64,000 bases of DNA from Felis catus (taxonomy: Eukaryota): contig NC_058386.1 in assembly GCF_018350175.1 (NCBI RefSeq), forward strand, positions 126,294,001 to 126,358,000. Reading direction: 5' to 3'. The notes under the pieces were generated by a model. It was given only the letters and a program-made list of their open reading frames with translations. It did no database searches and was not told where the DNA came from. Position numbers and translations under genes: made by a program. Shown piece after piece: positions 30,701-55,720 of the stretch (positions are counted from its first letter, which is position 1; every line of letters begins with the position of its first letter).

Positions 30701-32414
30701 CTCCCCTGCCCTATGTGGACCCTTTGTGGCTGAGGAGCGGCCCGTCCAAGGATTGCTGGGGCGCCTGCATCCACCGGGGTCCTCGTGGGTCCGTTGAGGA
30801 GTGCCCCCGGTGGGGGCTGGGCGAGCCAGGCCAGCAGCACGGTGGGGGGCATCGGGGAGTGGGACCCTGGAGCCGTATCTCTGTGTAGGGCTGTCTCTCT
30901 CCTCGGGCAGACAGCTGGGTGTGCCTGTGATGCCCGAGGCTCCCACTTACAGGTGGAGGTTGGGGTGGGGGCTTGGGTGGCACATCCTGCCTCTCCAGGT
31001 CTCCCTCCTGACCTCTCCCCTGCCCCCATCTCCATTCCTAGGCCTGTATTCCTGCCGGTTGTGGAGGAGGTGAGGGTGGGATATGGCACCCCCATCTCTT
31101 CCGCCTCCCTTTCTTCTCTGGCTGTTGCATTGGGGTCCAGGATGCAGACCTGACAAAAGAGCCCCAGAGAGATGATCAGTCTGAGCTGAAACTCTTCAGT
31201 TTCAAGAAGGGCCTGTTCCTTGTTCTATCAAATGCATTTTTTTCTTTTCTATCTCCTATGCATTCTTAGTTTGGTCCCCTGTACCCCCGCCCCCTGAGCT
31301 GGGTACCTTGTGTCTCCCTTGGGGCTTGGGCACAGAGAGGGTAGCTCTGAGCCCTGCTCCACTGGGTGCCATGACACTGCTCTGCTGTCTTTGCTGCCTA
31401 GAGCTGGCCAGAAAGCTGGGTGTGGCCTGGGGGTGAAGACCTGGCCAAGCTGGGCATTTGGCCCCCACCCCATCTCCCCAGGGCCTCGCTGGATTTAGGG
31501 ACATTGCTTTCTTTCCATAGGGCTCCTTGCACCGCCCCCCCCCCCCGACACCTCCTGTTCCCCAGCTAACCTCTGGATTTGGAGGGAGAACTGCACAGGG
31601 CTCCCTGGGCCATCTGTCTGGCTGTGCCTGAGCACAGCCTGACTTATGTCTGTCTTGGCGCGTGGCTGTGGGGGCAGGCACAACTCGGCTTTGTGTTGCG
31701 GTGGGTAGGCCAGACAGCAGGCTCCTGGACAGCCAGCTAGGGGAGGCCCTTGGGGCGAGGAGGCAGCTGGGGCCAGGACTCCGGGTGTGATGGCACCGGG
31801 TTCAGTCTCAGATCTGGATGCCTCAGACCTCTGACCTGGGTGTCCTGGTGGCAATGCCACTCTGGAGTGGTGTCCCCCCCCCCCACACACACACTTAGGA
31901 TTGTTCACTCTCCGCCTTTCCCCTTCCCCCAACTTGGGCGTGGGGCGTCTCTGTGGCCTGGGACTTGCCTGTAGTGGCTCTTGCGTGTGGCTGGCCACCC
32001 TAAGCTCCAGGATCTGGTGTTTGGGGTCTCATTCTGGGAGGGCCTCCCACCCTTCCTTTTTCAGCATCTGGCTCTGCTGCCCCCTTGGGTGTGGCCCGGT
32101 TGTGGGGAGGCCTCCTGGCTCCTTTCCAGCGGGGGTGGGGGGTGGGGGATGATTGATGGCCCTCAAGCCTGCTTGTGCTCGCTGCTCACTCATGCGCCCT
32201 GGTGGAGGCCCTCCTTGTCTCCCAGCCACGGGCACCATCTGGGACTCTGTGGTCCGCTGGTGGAGGAGTGGCCTCCACCCTCTGTGGCATGGTGCTCGGT
32301 CCGCTGGAGGCCCTAGGCCAGTGGGGCAGAAGGAAGGCAGGCAGCTTGGGCCTGGGCCTCTGATTTGCGCTTGCTTCTTCTCCCCAGGCCTGTCCTCGGG
32401 CGCAGCTGCCAGCC

Positions 32415-45138
<12,724 letters not shown>

Positions 45139-46088
45139 GGGTGGCGGAACCGGTGAGGAGGGGGCGTCCCAGGCCTGAGGTGACCTCGGGGCCGAGCCCT
45201 GGATCGGGTGGCACGGGGGCGGGGATGGGGTGGTCACCGGACTCTCGTGCCCTGCGCACACCCGGGCCCCCTTCATTAGTGCCTTTCTTTGGGCCCTGCG
45301 TGGGGGCGGTGGTGACGGGACCAAGGGTCCTGACCCTGGCAGCAGCAATATCCCCGCCCTCCTCCCCTTGTGCCCCCGGGTCGTGCCAGCCCCTGCCCCC
45401 TCTTCCTGTTTATACCCCCAACCACCTATTTATTTAATTTATCTGCACCTCACCGTGTCCGTCTGTCACCACGTGCCCCTTCTCTGGGATGTGGACAACC
45501 TCACGCCCCTTCTGTCCTTGGGTCGTCCTGGCTCCCTGGTGGCACGGTCAGCCTCGGCCTCGCCTCTGGCACCTGCCCCTGGCCGTGGCCGGCCCCGCCG
45601 GGTCCGAGCAGGGGCCCCCGACACCAGCAGCACTTGATGGCGAGGAGGGGGGCGCCCAGGGTGATGCGGCGAAGCCGTCCCCAGACTGTGGCTGCGCCCA
45701 GGGGTCTCCCCGCGGCTGGGTCCCGGCATCCCCTCCGGACTTCTCGGGGGTCGGACCGTACCTTTCTCGGGCGCCCTGTCCCCAGCACCTGGGGAGCTAT
45801 GAGCGGGTTCGTGCCAGGGCCCCACGTGGGCCTGGGGGCTCTGGAAGTCTCCTTCTCCAGGCCCGAGCGCCCAGCTTCCTCGGCGTGGTGCCCGCTCAGC
45901 CCGGACCCCTCACCCCCGCTGCCCTGTCCTGCGCCCGCCCCGAGTGGCCGAGGCGGCAGTGCCTTACCCCTCTGTTCCCTCTTCCCCCTCCGAGGAATCT
46001 GGCCCCGGCGCGTGGTCCCGGAAACCCAGCTGTCCCCTCTGTTTTGGCATGAGCTTCTTTGTCGTTGTTCCTGGAACCTTGTTTCTGA

Positions 46089-46094
46089 ATTAAA
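46089..46094 (+). terminator. Probable PLXNA3 polyadenylation signal (ATTAAA variant)
   Basis: ATTAAA about 950 nt after the stop, followed by GT-rich sequence. Confidence 0.55.
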
Positions 46095-46754
46095 CGTCGG
46101 GAAAACGGTGGCAGTGTGTGGCAGGTGGGTGGTCGGCGAGCAGGGAGGCAGGTGGGGAGGCTGTTGGACTCTGGAGGAGCTGGGTTCCCTTTGTGGGAGG
46201 AAGGGTGACCCGTTGCACGGGTCCCGCGCATCTGAGGAGGTCCAGGGCCACGTCCGATCCGTGCCAGCAAACCCCGGTGGCTCTCCCGTCAAGATCCGGT
46301 CGGAACCCGTTCCCTTCTCCCCACCTCCACTGGCCGCAGCCTGGGGGTCTCTCGCCTGCGTGCCAGTCTCCCCACTTCTGTCCTGCCTGCCCTCGTCCCC
46401 TTCCCAGCGCAGCAGGCACTGCGACTGTGGTGGTGGTTCCAAAACTATGCATTTGCCCAAACTCCTAGGCCTGTACACTCACAAAGGGGAAGGCTGAGAG
46501 GATGGAACTTAGCCCTCACTTCAAACACAAACAAGTAAACAAAAAGGCGAGGTAAACAGTCAAGAGAAAGCTGCTTGATCCAGGATAAGGATTGAAGCCC
46601 AGACCAAGGGAGGTGCCGGGCTGACAGCTGTGCAGGCACGTGGCCCAGAGGAAGCAGGCAGGGAGAGAGAGGGGAGGCCGAGGAAGATGGTTTTAAAAAA
46701 TTACCATTGTGAGATTACAGAAAGGCAATGACAGACTGAAGGCAATTAAAACAA

Positions 46755-46950
46755 TTTTTTTTAATGTTTATTTTTGAGGGAGAGAGAGAGCACAGGTGCG
46801 AGTGGGGAGGGGCAGAGAGAGAGGGAGACACAGAATCCGAAGCGGGCTCCAGGCTCTGAGCGGTCAGCACAGAGCCCGACCCGGGTCTTCAGCCATGAGA
46901 TCATGACCTGAGTCAAAGACGCTTAACTGACTGAGACACTCAGGTGCCCC
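46755..46950 (-). mobile_element. SINEC
   Basis: Reverse-oriented CAN-SINE with small internal deletions. Confidence 0.88.
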
Positions 46951-47072
46951 TAAACAAGGCAGTTTTTAACCTAGGAGGTAAAGAAAGCCCAAGTGAATGG
47001 TTCCCCAAGAACCATTTTGGGAGAACGAAGAGGCTAGCAGAATGGAGAGTGGTATAAAACAGCCAGATCCTT

Positions 47073-47308
47073 GGGGCGCCTGGGTGGCGTAGTCGGTTAA
47101 GCGTCCGACTTCAGCCAGGTCACGACCTCGCGGTCCGTGGGTTCGAGCCCCGCATCAGGCTCTGGGCTGATGGCTCAGAGCCTGGAGCCTGTTTCCGATT
47201 CTGTGTCTCCCTCTCTCTCTGCCCCTCGCCCGTTCATGCTCTGTCTCTCTCTGTCCCAAAAATAAATAAAAAACGTTGAAAAAAAAAAAAGTTAAAAAAA
47301 AATAATAA
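47073..47308 (+). mobile_element. Young felid SINE (SINEC_Fc-like)
   Basis: TSD ATAAAACAGCCAGATCCT at 47054-47071 and 47309-47326. Confidence 0.95.
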
Positions 47309-47559
47309 ATAAAACAGCCAGATCCTCAACCATCAAGAAGGTCTTCAAAATTATTTTTCAAAAGGAAGGAAGAGAAAGAGACCCTTGCTGTAGCCACTAC
47401 AGATGCTGTCTGCTGTCAGGTGAGAGTGTCGTCATCACAACCACCACCACTGTCCCCGTGACGGCGTGTCTCCCCTGCAGCACGCACCAGCTCGCCCCAC
47501 GTCCAGCAGTCATAGACTCTTCGTGCGTGTGTAGTAGCAGGGACCGATTTACACTGCCA

Positions 47560-48300
47560 CTTACTTGAAAGAGCCCCCCAAACCAGACAGAATAGATGAG
47601 ACCCAAGCTGTAAGGAAACCAGGTATCAGGCGATGAAGAACGGCGATCTCTGGGAGATGAGAAGTCAGAGATCGGCCTTGCCTTGCAATTGTCCCGGCTG
47701 ACCGCACTGGGAGTTTCGTGTTGAGGCCCACCGGAACTGGTGGGGCAGAGGACCCTGTGGGAGGCAGCAGCGCACGGCTGATCAGCGCAAGCGCGCGGGG
47801 AGACCATTGGAGGCCCGCTGAGGACCATCTGACAGAACGAAAGTAACTTTGTTGGGCACTCAAGCGGGACAACAACCAACAGCTGTCCCCACCGGCTAGG
47901 GGGGCAAACCTCACAACTGGGGAAGTGTGGGAGTGGAAAATGACACCTGCCCCGAGCTGTTCTGGTCCCATAGGGCAAGTCTTCGAAGACTCAAGAGGGT
48001 CCAACTGTTCCAGGTAAGTAACGGCATTGCGGAACAAAGCTCACAAATATTTCTAGGAATAGAAAGACCTCCAGCACCCAAGGAGAATCATGTCCAGCAT
48101 CCAGTCTACAGTTAACGGGCACGCAGAGAAGCGGGGAAACCCAACCCACACAAATTCTCCGCAATAAGGTACCCAGGTCAGAAAGGAGGAAATAGAACTG
48201 GCTTTATCCTGAGAAAACACAATCACCTATGGAGAAAATCCCATGGCGTCTGTCCACCAAAGAGCTGCCAGAATTGCTGGGTTTGACAAGTCTGCAGGAG
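47560..48300 (+). mobile_element. Highly diverged L1M 5'-region and ORF2 remnants
   Basis: Resembles old L1M 5' UTR and the ORF2 segment ATCACCTATGGAGAAAATCCCA, from memory. Confidence 0.45.
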
Positions 48301-48454
48301 ACCTCGTGTGTCACGGGGAGTGCACTCCTTCCACCAAAAGGCTGACAGTTGTCCAGCACTTTTCCTCACTGAGCTAAGGCCAGTCAGCCTCAACGCTCTG
48401 ATTCTAGTGTTTCTGGGTTGTTTGCTCTTCTCGTGCAAACTAATTTTTACATTA

Positions 48455-48802
48455 TTTTTTAAGGATTTTTTTAAATGGTTTTTTTTTTTAATTTTGAAAG
48501 AAAGATTGTGAGTGGGGAAGGAGCAGAGAGAGGGAGACATGGGGCTCGATCTTGATCTCACAAACCGTGAGGTCATGACCTGAGCCCAAATCGAGTTGGA
48601 TGCTTAACTAAGCCGCCCAGGTGCCCCAAATTGTTATTTTTAAATGTTTATTTTCTTGAGAGGGCGCGAGTGTGCACATGAACAGGGGCGGGCAGAGAGA
48701 GAATCCCAAGCAGGCTCCCCACTGTCATCTCACAAACTGAGATCATGACCTGAGCCGAAATCAAGAGTAGGACAGTCAACCAAATGAGCCAGAGGCACCC
48801 CC
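48455..48802 (-). mobile_element. Two adjacent older SINECs
   Basis: Reverse CAN-SINE heads ending near 48627 and 48802. Confidence 0.85.
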
Positions 48803-49109
48803 AAATGAATTTTGTTTTCAAATTTTGCCAGAGCCAGCAGTGACAAGGTGTAGCAAAACCAGCATTCTGGCAGAGTGGTAGGTACGTTTTCTGGAGACTA
48901 ATTTTGCAGTCTTGACAGAGCTTTAAAAAATATACTAAATATTTACCCACTAATTGTACCTCTTTTAACCTAGTGGAAGGAAGCAATCATTCGTGCAAGG
49001 TCATATGCAAGAGTTCCACTGAGTCATTACCTAAAATAGGGCAAAAAGGTGAAAGCAATTTAAACGTTCAGTAGTTACATTAGAATATTATAATGCATCT
49101 TTTCTTTTT

Positions 49110-49317
49110 ATAAAAAAAAGTTAAGTTTATTAATTTTTGAGAGACAGAAACTGAGCAGGGGAGGGGCAGAGGAAAGAGGGAGACATAGAATCCAAAGCAG
49201 GCTCCAGACCCTCAGCTGTCAGTACAGAGCCTGACACGGGGCTGGAACTCACCAACTCCGAGATCACGACCTGAGCCAAAGTCAGACGCTCAACCGACTG
49301 AGCCTGCCAGGTGCCCT
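49110..49317 (-). mobile_element. SINEC
   Basis: TSD TAATGCATCTTT at about 49091 and 49318. Confidence 0.9.
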
Positions 49318-49634
49318 TAATGCATCTTTCCTGCACTCATTCAATATTTTTGAAGAGTTTGGATAAAAAGTTCACATTAGATGAAAGACATCAGGAGTAA
49401 TGCGAAACGTGCAAACGATGGGCATATTCCCACATGTTGAGAGTCCTTGATACCGAAGGACAGGACGCACGTGGGTTCTGCCAGTTCCCAAACTGCCTTC
49501 TACCACCTTCCTCGACTTGCAGGTCGACATCCCAGGAGCCACCCCGCCCCCCCCCGCCCCCCCGCCTGAGGACAAAGGGAAGACTATCCGGGGGTGCCAC
49601 AACTGAGAAGGAACAGGGAATAGCAAAACTCAGT

Positions 49635-49640
49635 TTTATT
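49635..49640 (-). terminator. LAGE3 polyadenylation signal
   Basis: TTTATT on + strand = AATAAA about 205 nt after the stop. Confidence 0.8.
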
Positions 49641-49844
49641 TTCTGCAGTAGCAAACATTTAAATGGCAAACAAAACAAGGGGACCATGAGTGCCCAAGGG
49701 CTCGGGCCCTCATTGCCCTCAGAACACCAGGCAGGCCCCCAACCTCAGGTGGCAGCTAGTGCAGGAATCACTGCCCTAGGAAGGACGGACCGCCCAGACG
49801 GGGGACACGAGACTAGACCTTAGCCCCCTTTCGCCAGCGCAGGC

Positions 49845-50863
49845 TTAGCGGGAAACAGGGGGCCCGAAGCGCTGCATGGTCCGAATCACCAGGGAAAGCT
49901 GGTCAAGAAAGTTGATGATGGAAATTCGGAGGAGGCGAGAGTTTTCAGCTCTCCAGCGGCTGAGAGAGAAAAGGCAATCAAGTTGGAGGTGGTGGCTCCT
50001 CCCCTTCCTCGCTCCGCCCCCCCCCAAGTACCCATCCCTCGCACCCTTCTCCCCCCAGGAGCACCCCTCTCCGCGGGTGCAGGTGTTAGAGCCTGCGGGG
50101 CCCCTCCCCGCACCTAGTGCTCACAGCTCCAGCAGAGCATCCCCCCCATGGAGACGACCCGCCACCTGCAGCCACCCCGACCCCGGCCCTTCCAGAACTT
50201 ACATGGCCAGGACGCTGTCAGTTACGGTGAGCTGCTTCTCCACGATGCCTCCGTGCGGTTCACGATCTGGGGCCAAGGACGCACAGGCGATCTCCGCCTC
50301 CAAGTGGGACGGGAAAGGCACGCCGAGGGCGCTGGGTGCAGATTCGGTTAAGGTACCACCCCTACTCACTTAGGGCCTGAGCCCCCTTCTCAGGCCACCC
50401 TGACGAGGCCACCCACTCCCGGCCCTAATCGCTCGCGGCCACCCCGTTCCCTGGCCCAGGTCCTCCCACCGCCCCCCAGGAACCCGTTTCCCCCCTGCTC
50501 TCCTTCCTTCCTCCTCCCCCACCTCTCTCCAGCCACCCAGGGACCACCCTGCTTTCAGATCTTTGCCCCACGCCCCGCAGGTTACCGCGGCTCCTCTCCC
50601 TTTCCGCCCCCTGCCCATGCCCCGCTGTCCCCTCGGCTAGGATACAATATGTGTATTCGGGTTTCCGGCCTTCCGGTCGTGGAGAGGGCATCTCCGCCTG
50701 GCCCCGGGGCGTGCTGTGGTCGCGGGACATGCGGAGCTGCGCCGGCGACCGCGGCCTCCGTGCCTGCGCTGCAAAGGCCGCCACAGCCGCCCTGGCCCTG
50801 GCCCTCCAGGCTGTTGTCGGCGCCGCCCGCCCGGCCGCCTGCGTCTGCGTCTGCCGCCTGCAT
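49845..50863 (-). CDS. LAGE3: LAGE3, KEOPS/EKC complex Pcc1-family subunit, 153 aa, 3 exons
   Basis: Exons 50863-50646, 50331-50203, 49959-49845 total 462 nt; MQAADADAGG...RIHIFALGVPFPSHLEAEIACASLAPDREPH...RWRAENSRLLRISIINFLDQLSLVIRTMQRFGPPVSR*. Confidence 0.93.
50332..50645 (-). other. U12-type (minor spliceosome) GT-AG intron 1 of LAGE3
   Basis: 5' splice site GTATCCTA (50645-50638); branch site TACCTTAACC (50355-50346) close to the CAG acceptor; no polypyrimidine tract. Confidence 0.85.
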
Positions 50864-51700
50864 GGTCGCCGCACTCCGCCCCAGACCCCGCCCTTCGAGC
50901 ACAGGCCCGGCCGCTCGCCCAGTCGGCTGGTGGCTGAGGCGCTGCGGCTCCTTCCCGAAGCTCCGCCCCGCGCGCCCACCCCGCCCTCCCCGCGCACGCG
51001 CAAACGGCCGGGCCGTCGGGAGGCTGCCGGGCGCGTGGCCGGTTCCCGCCAAAGCGACGCTGTCCCAGGCTCTCTCGGACCCTGGTTGCGGAAGCCCCGC
51101 CTATCACAGCTCGACGCCACCCCCAGGCGCCTGCGCCAACGGGCTCCTAGGGTTCCTAGTGAGGCCGCCAGGCCTGCGGCCGGTGCCCGCCCAGGCGGCC
51201 TTTCCGCCCTTGGGCCCTGGGAGACCCCCTGGCTTAGCTAGACTATGAGCGCTTCCTCAGAAAGCCCACGCAAGTCACCCCGGCCTCCCGGGAGCGCCGA
51301 AGCCAACATTTCCCCACCCCCACCTCCCGGCCGTTCCCTTGGGCGCCTGACTGGTTCCCGCCCAGCCAGCTCTGCCAGGAGCCCCTAGAGACTACCCCCC
51401 CACCCTTGTCCTCCTAGCCAATGAGGGCTCCCTCCTAAGGCTCCGCCCCCAAGCGTCCAAAGCAACCGGGCTCCCAGGAGCGCCTGCGCAAACGGACCTC
51501 CTGTGCTCCTCCTGGGCTCGGGACTGCTTCCCGCGCGCCTTGCCCCACAGCCGGCTCCGCCCCCGCGTCCCCTTCCCTGCAGCCAGCTCAGCCCTGGGCT
51601 CCCGGAGACCCCGCCGTTGGCAGCCTAGCCAGCAGCTGCTCCCTCACCAATAGTCGCCACGCGCTGTGACGTGTGACCCCACTGCACCCACGCAAACCAG
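50640..51700 (-). promoter_or_regulatory. LAGE3 CpG island promoter
   Basis: CpG-rich; NRF1-like GCGCCTGCGC at 51127-51136 and 51480-51490; CCAAT near 51418 and 51647; GC boxes. Confidence 0.75.
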
Positions 51701-52309
51701 TCCCACCTCAGCTCTACCCCCTCCCCACATCTCTAGCCCCTCCCCAGACCTCGTGGGAGGCCGCCAGGCACCACGGCCTGTTGTCCAGAGGGCCCTGCCT
51801 CTTCCTTGGGCTCAGTGTCCCCAGCACGTGGGGCTCCACGACCTCGCAGCGGTTCGTGGAGGGAGATGGGCCACAGCCCAGACGGACACGGCCCCGCACC
51901 CCGTCCCCTTCCCCGGTACCGGTGGACACACCAAAGCGGCCTTTGGAGGGGGCGACTGAGCACAGGTGCGGATCAGATCGGCGGTCTGGGAAGGTCACGA
52001 AGGGGCTCCCGTCGGGGGGCAAGCCTGCCAGTAGCAGGCAAGGAGGGAAGGGATGGCGACTGGAGCTAAAGTAGTTAGTGGCCACGGAGAACAGGGATGC
52101 GGTCGCATAGGGAAAAACCACAGTGCAAAAGGGAAATCCCTAAAATCCCAACTTAGGAAGCTACTGTATATGTGCACGGAAATCCTGCCACGGTAGCCTG
52201 AAGTGTAAACACCTCGTATGTCTGTGTGGTGGGATTGAGGGTGGTCCTAGCTTCTTTTGTGTGTATTTCTCCCCCAAAAGGTTCACAGTGACTTTACATG
52301 ACCTTTAGT

Positions 52310-52678
52310 GTTTTTAATTTTTTAATTTATTTTGTAAGTGATCTCTGTGCCCCACATGAAGCTCGAACTCACGACCCCCCTCCCACACACACCCAAGCCA
52401 AAAGGTGCATGCTCTACCCAACGAACCAGGCAGCCAGACACCCCTACGATCAAAAAGAGTTAAAAAAAATTTTTTTTAACATTTATTTATTTTTGAGAGA
52501 CAGAGACAGAGCATGAGTGGGGGAGGCGCAGAGAGAGAGAGGGAGACCCAGAATCCATAGCAGGCTCCAGGCTCCGAGCTGTCAGCACAGACCCCAACGC
52601 AGGGCTCAAACTCGTGACCCACAAGATCATGACCTGAGCTGATGTCAGATGGTTAACCAACTGAGCCACCCAGGCACC
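52310..52678 (-). mobile_element. Old SINE remnant (52310-52445) plus SINEC (52468-52678)
   Basis: Reverse tRNA-derived heads and T-rich tails. Confidence 0.85.
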
Positions 52679-52737
52679 TGTCTTAATTTTTAATATAAAT
52701 CACATAACATCACTTACCTATTTAAAATTCTAAAATG

Positions 52738-53205
52738 ATCTCCCATTGCCCTTGGAATCATATCCAAACTCCTTGATGTAGTTGATAAAAGTGTGTCACC
52801 TGGCTTCCCGCTCATCCATCGTGTACCCTCACCTGTCTGCTGCCTCATTCTCTGCAGCCTGGGGGGCCCTTTGCTCCTGACCAAGGGTGGCCTGCCCTAC
52901 CACTTTGAATTTATTCTTCTATTTGGAAGACTCCACAAACTTTCCCATAGCTGGCTCCTCCTTGTCTTCAAGATCTTGGCTCCAGTGTCACCTTTGAAAG
53001 GCCTGCTGGGTCACCAGTCTAACATCCTACCCCCAGGCACGATTCATCACATTTGCCCATTTTAGTCTGCTGCATAGAATTTTTCATAATCTGAAATGAT
53101 AATCTGGTTTTGTTTTCTTCTATATTGGTCATATATCATCTCTGGTACCTTTTTGTTGTTCAGTGCAGTTTCTTCAGTAGGTGGTTTGTTGCTTGTTGAA
53201 TGAGA
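52738..53205 (+). mobile_element. L2 3' end remnant
   Basis: CTCCCATTGCCCTT...TCCAAACTCCTT...TGTTGAATGA terminal pattern. Confidence 0.6.
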
Positions 53206-53289
53206 GTATTAAGTACAAGAGTCATGGCTGTGTGGACCCTGCAATCTCTCATATAGGCAGTTACTTCACAGATATGTAACAGTGTATGC

Positions 53290-55030
53290 CCAAAGTGACT
53301 CCTTGTAACATAAGTGGTCATAGGAAACTATGGGGCACAAGGTACGAGTCCATCAGCAGGAAGCTAGTGAAATCAACTATGGTGCATTCATACAATCACC
53401 CCAGACAGCAGTTAAAAAAAAAAAAAAAAGAATCCATAATGAAAAATGAAATGATTTCCGGGATATATTGTGTAAAAAAAAAAAAAAAAAGAATGCAAAG
53501 GACACACACTCTCTCTCTGACTCTGTCTCTCTGTCTCTCACAGACACACATGTTTATTAGAAAAAAAAACAGGAAGGAGAAACCTGAAACTAATGAAAAT
53601 AGTCCCCTGTAGGGGTCAAAATGGGCATGGGATGTCTTGGATTGTACCATTTTGTACAGTTTTGACTTTGAACCACATAAATAGCTCACATGTTCGAAAG
53701 TACATTTGAAAGAGCTAAAAACAACCGAAATGCAAAAGTTGAATACAAACAAAAACAAATGAAAACAAACACATGAGCCTAACTACACATCCAAATGATA
53801 ATAAAACCACCCAGAGAAAATTCAGGTGATTTTAACTCCGCTTTCTGCTTGTATATCCCTTCAGGGCATTATATTCTAAGGACACAAGAATTGACCTTAC
53901 TCTTAGTATTTTTGCCGTCAGCAATGGTAGTCATGAGGTTGCAGTGAGGCCATTTGGGGTGTCCTTTAAGGTAGACTGCCCAGTGCAGCAAATGAGTAAA
54001 TATATCGCTGTTGTCAGTAACCAGAGTTCTCTCTGTGGAATGATGAACGGTGAGAAAGGACTGTGATGCTGGATTGCAGTATGAGCTTAAACATACATAT
54101 TTCCTTGTTTTGTCCGGTGAAAGGGTTTAGAAGCGATGACCCTCCAGTAGCAATGAACACACCCTACACCCAAGCCTTGCTTTCTCCATGTCATTCTCCA
54201 CTAAAAGGAACCGGAGCTTCCTGGAGTGATGGGTGATTCCAGAGCTGGGGCAGGAAAAAAATACATGATGAGCCTGGAGCGCTTCATAGTGCCACAAAGT
54301 AAGGAAGCGCTTGAAATACAAAGGGAGGAGGCATGTCAGAGGGACACAGGGGCCCACCAGAAAGAACCACGGCTAGAACAGTTTGATCATTCGAAAGGAT
54401 ATTAGACTTTTGGGCGAGGAGTATGACTGGGAAGGCGGCGCCAGGGAAGGTGCTGGAGTGTTGGCAGTGTTCTGTGGTTTGCACGCTATAGCCCAATAAA
54501 AGTTACCCCCCAAAACATAACTTTTGGATTCTAAGTTGTTGGATAAAAAAGCCCAATGCGTCCACCACGGTAATCAAGAAAAGAGAGCCGGAGAAAGAAA
54601 AGCTCTTTCATGAGAAATGCTGCTAACTAATCACTGTAGAACGCGAGCCCTGGCAAACCACAAGTTTGAAGCCGTCGGTACGATTCGTTCAGGCAAGGGT
54701 CGGCATCGTGTGGTAAAACCGTTAGAGATTGCTGGGGAACACAGGCACATGGGCCCAAGGTGTTTATTACCGTAGACTCCTGGTGCTTTAGGACAGGGAA
54801 ACGCACCTTTGTGAGGGAGAGGTGTGGCGGCCACAACCTTGGCCATGTGACCAGAATGAGCCTCCCCCGGTGACAGCGCAGCCCCACCCGGGACTCCTGA
54901 AGCTGCTGGGGGAGGGGAAGGGCAGAGCAACTGGTCATAGCAGTTGAGCTGAATCTAACGCGGAGGGAATCAGGCAAATCCAGACTCTGGGACATTCTAC
55001 AAGACAACTGCCCTGGGCTCTTCCAAAACT
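53290..55030 (+). mobile_element. Ancient L1 (L1MC-like) 3' region
   Basis: CCAGTAGCAATGAACACACC...TGATTCCAGAGCTGGG resembles the L1MC-like 3' UTR at about 25430-25540. Confidence 0.6.
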
Positions 55031-55239
55031 ATTATTGCTTGATTGCCTGCGGAGAACGGAGAGTTTTGAGAGGCGAAGGCGGCCTCCTGCGTCCTGTTAA
55101 AAGTCTGAGTGCTGTCGGCATCGACTGAGGCAGGCTGTGGCCTGCAGCATCCTCCCAGCCCTGCAGCACCCGCCCCCTCCCGTCTTCCCTCCCTTGCCTG
55201 CCCATCACCGCCCACTTCTGCAGACAAGCTTCCAGAATG

Positions 55240-55720
55240 CGGGATCCCCTGTCACTGGCACCACCCTCTCTCCTCGCCAGCCTGCAGCTAGCTGCTTCTT
55301 GCTTCCCAACATCACCAGCGACCATCTTGTTACTAATGCCTCTTGGCAGTATTGGACAACCCCTCCTCCTTTCTGGAATGGTATTGTTGGCCGTCATCCT
55401 GAGCTTTCCCTGTGGCCCAGTGTCGGGATGTTCCTTGGCCTTTTCTGCATCTCCTGTTGGTGGAATGCTTCGAGGCCCAGCCCTCTCTCCTCTGCCGGCT
55501 ACACTCTCTGGGAAGCCCCCTCATCTGTCCTCAGAGACTCTAGGACATCCTGTCCACACCTAACGCCTGAACGTCACTATGGGAGGCCGCACAGGGCTTG
55601 GGGTCCCAGTCAGCTCTTCCATCAGGCTCCCACCATGCATCCTGAACACCTCGTTCCTGCCTCCGTGTCCATCCTGATCTCCCGGCTGAGTTCCCAACCC
55701 CTGTGTCCAACTATCCACTC
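55240..55720 (+). mobile_element. Probable L2 remnant
   Basis: Pyrimidine-rich; TCACCAGCGACCATCTTGTTACTAA...CCTCCTTTCTGGAA resembles L2 ORF2. Confidence 0.45.

Noticed and set aside
29872-31095. 338 aa, 354 aa and 249 aa ORFs over the PLXNA3 promoter
   Set aside because: CpG-island artefacts with no recognisable domain
45370-46497. 375 aa (+) and 325 aa (-) ORFs
   Set aside because: GC-rich PLXNA3 3' UTR and flank; low-complexity translation, no homology recognised
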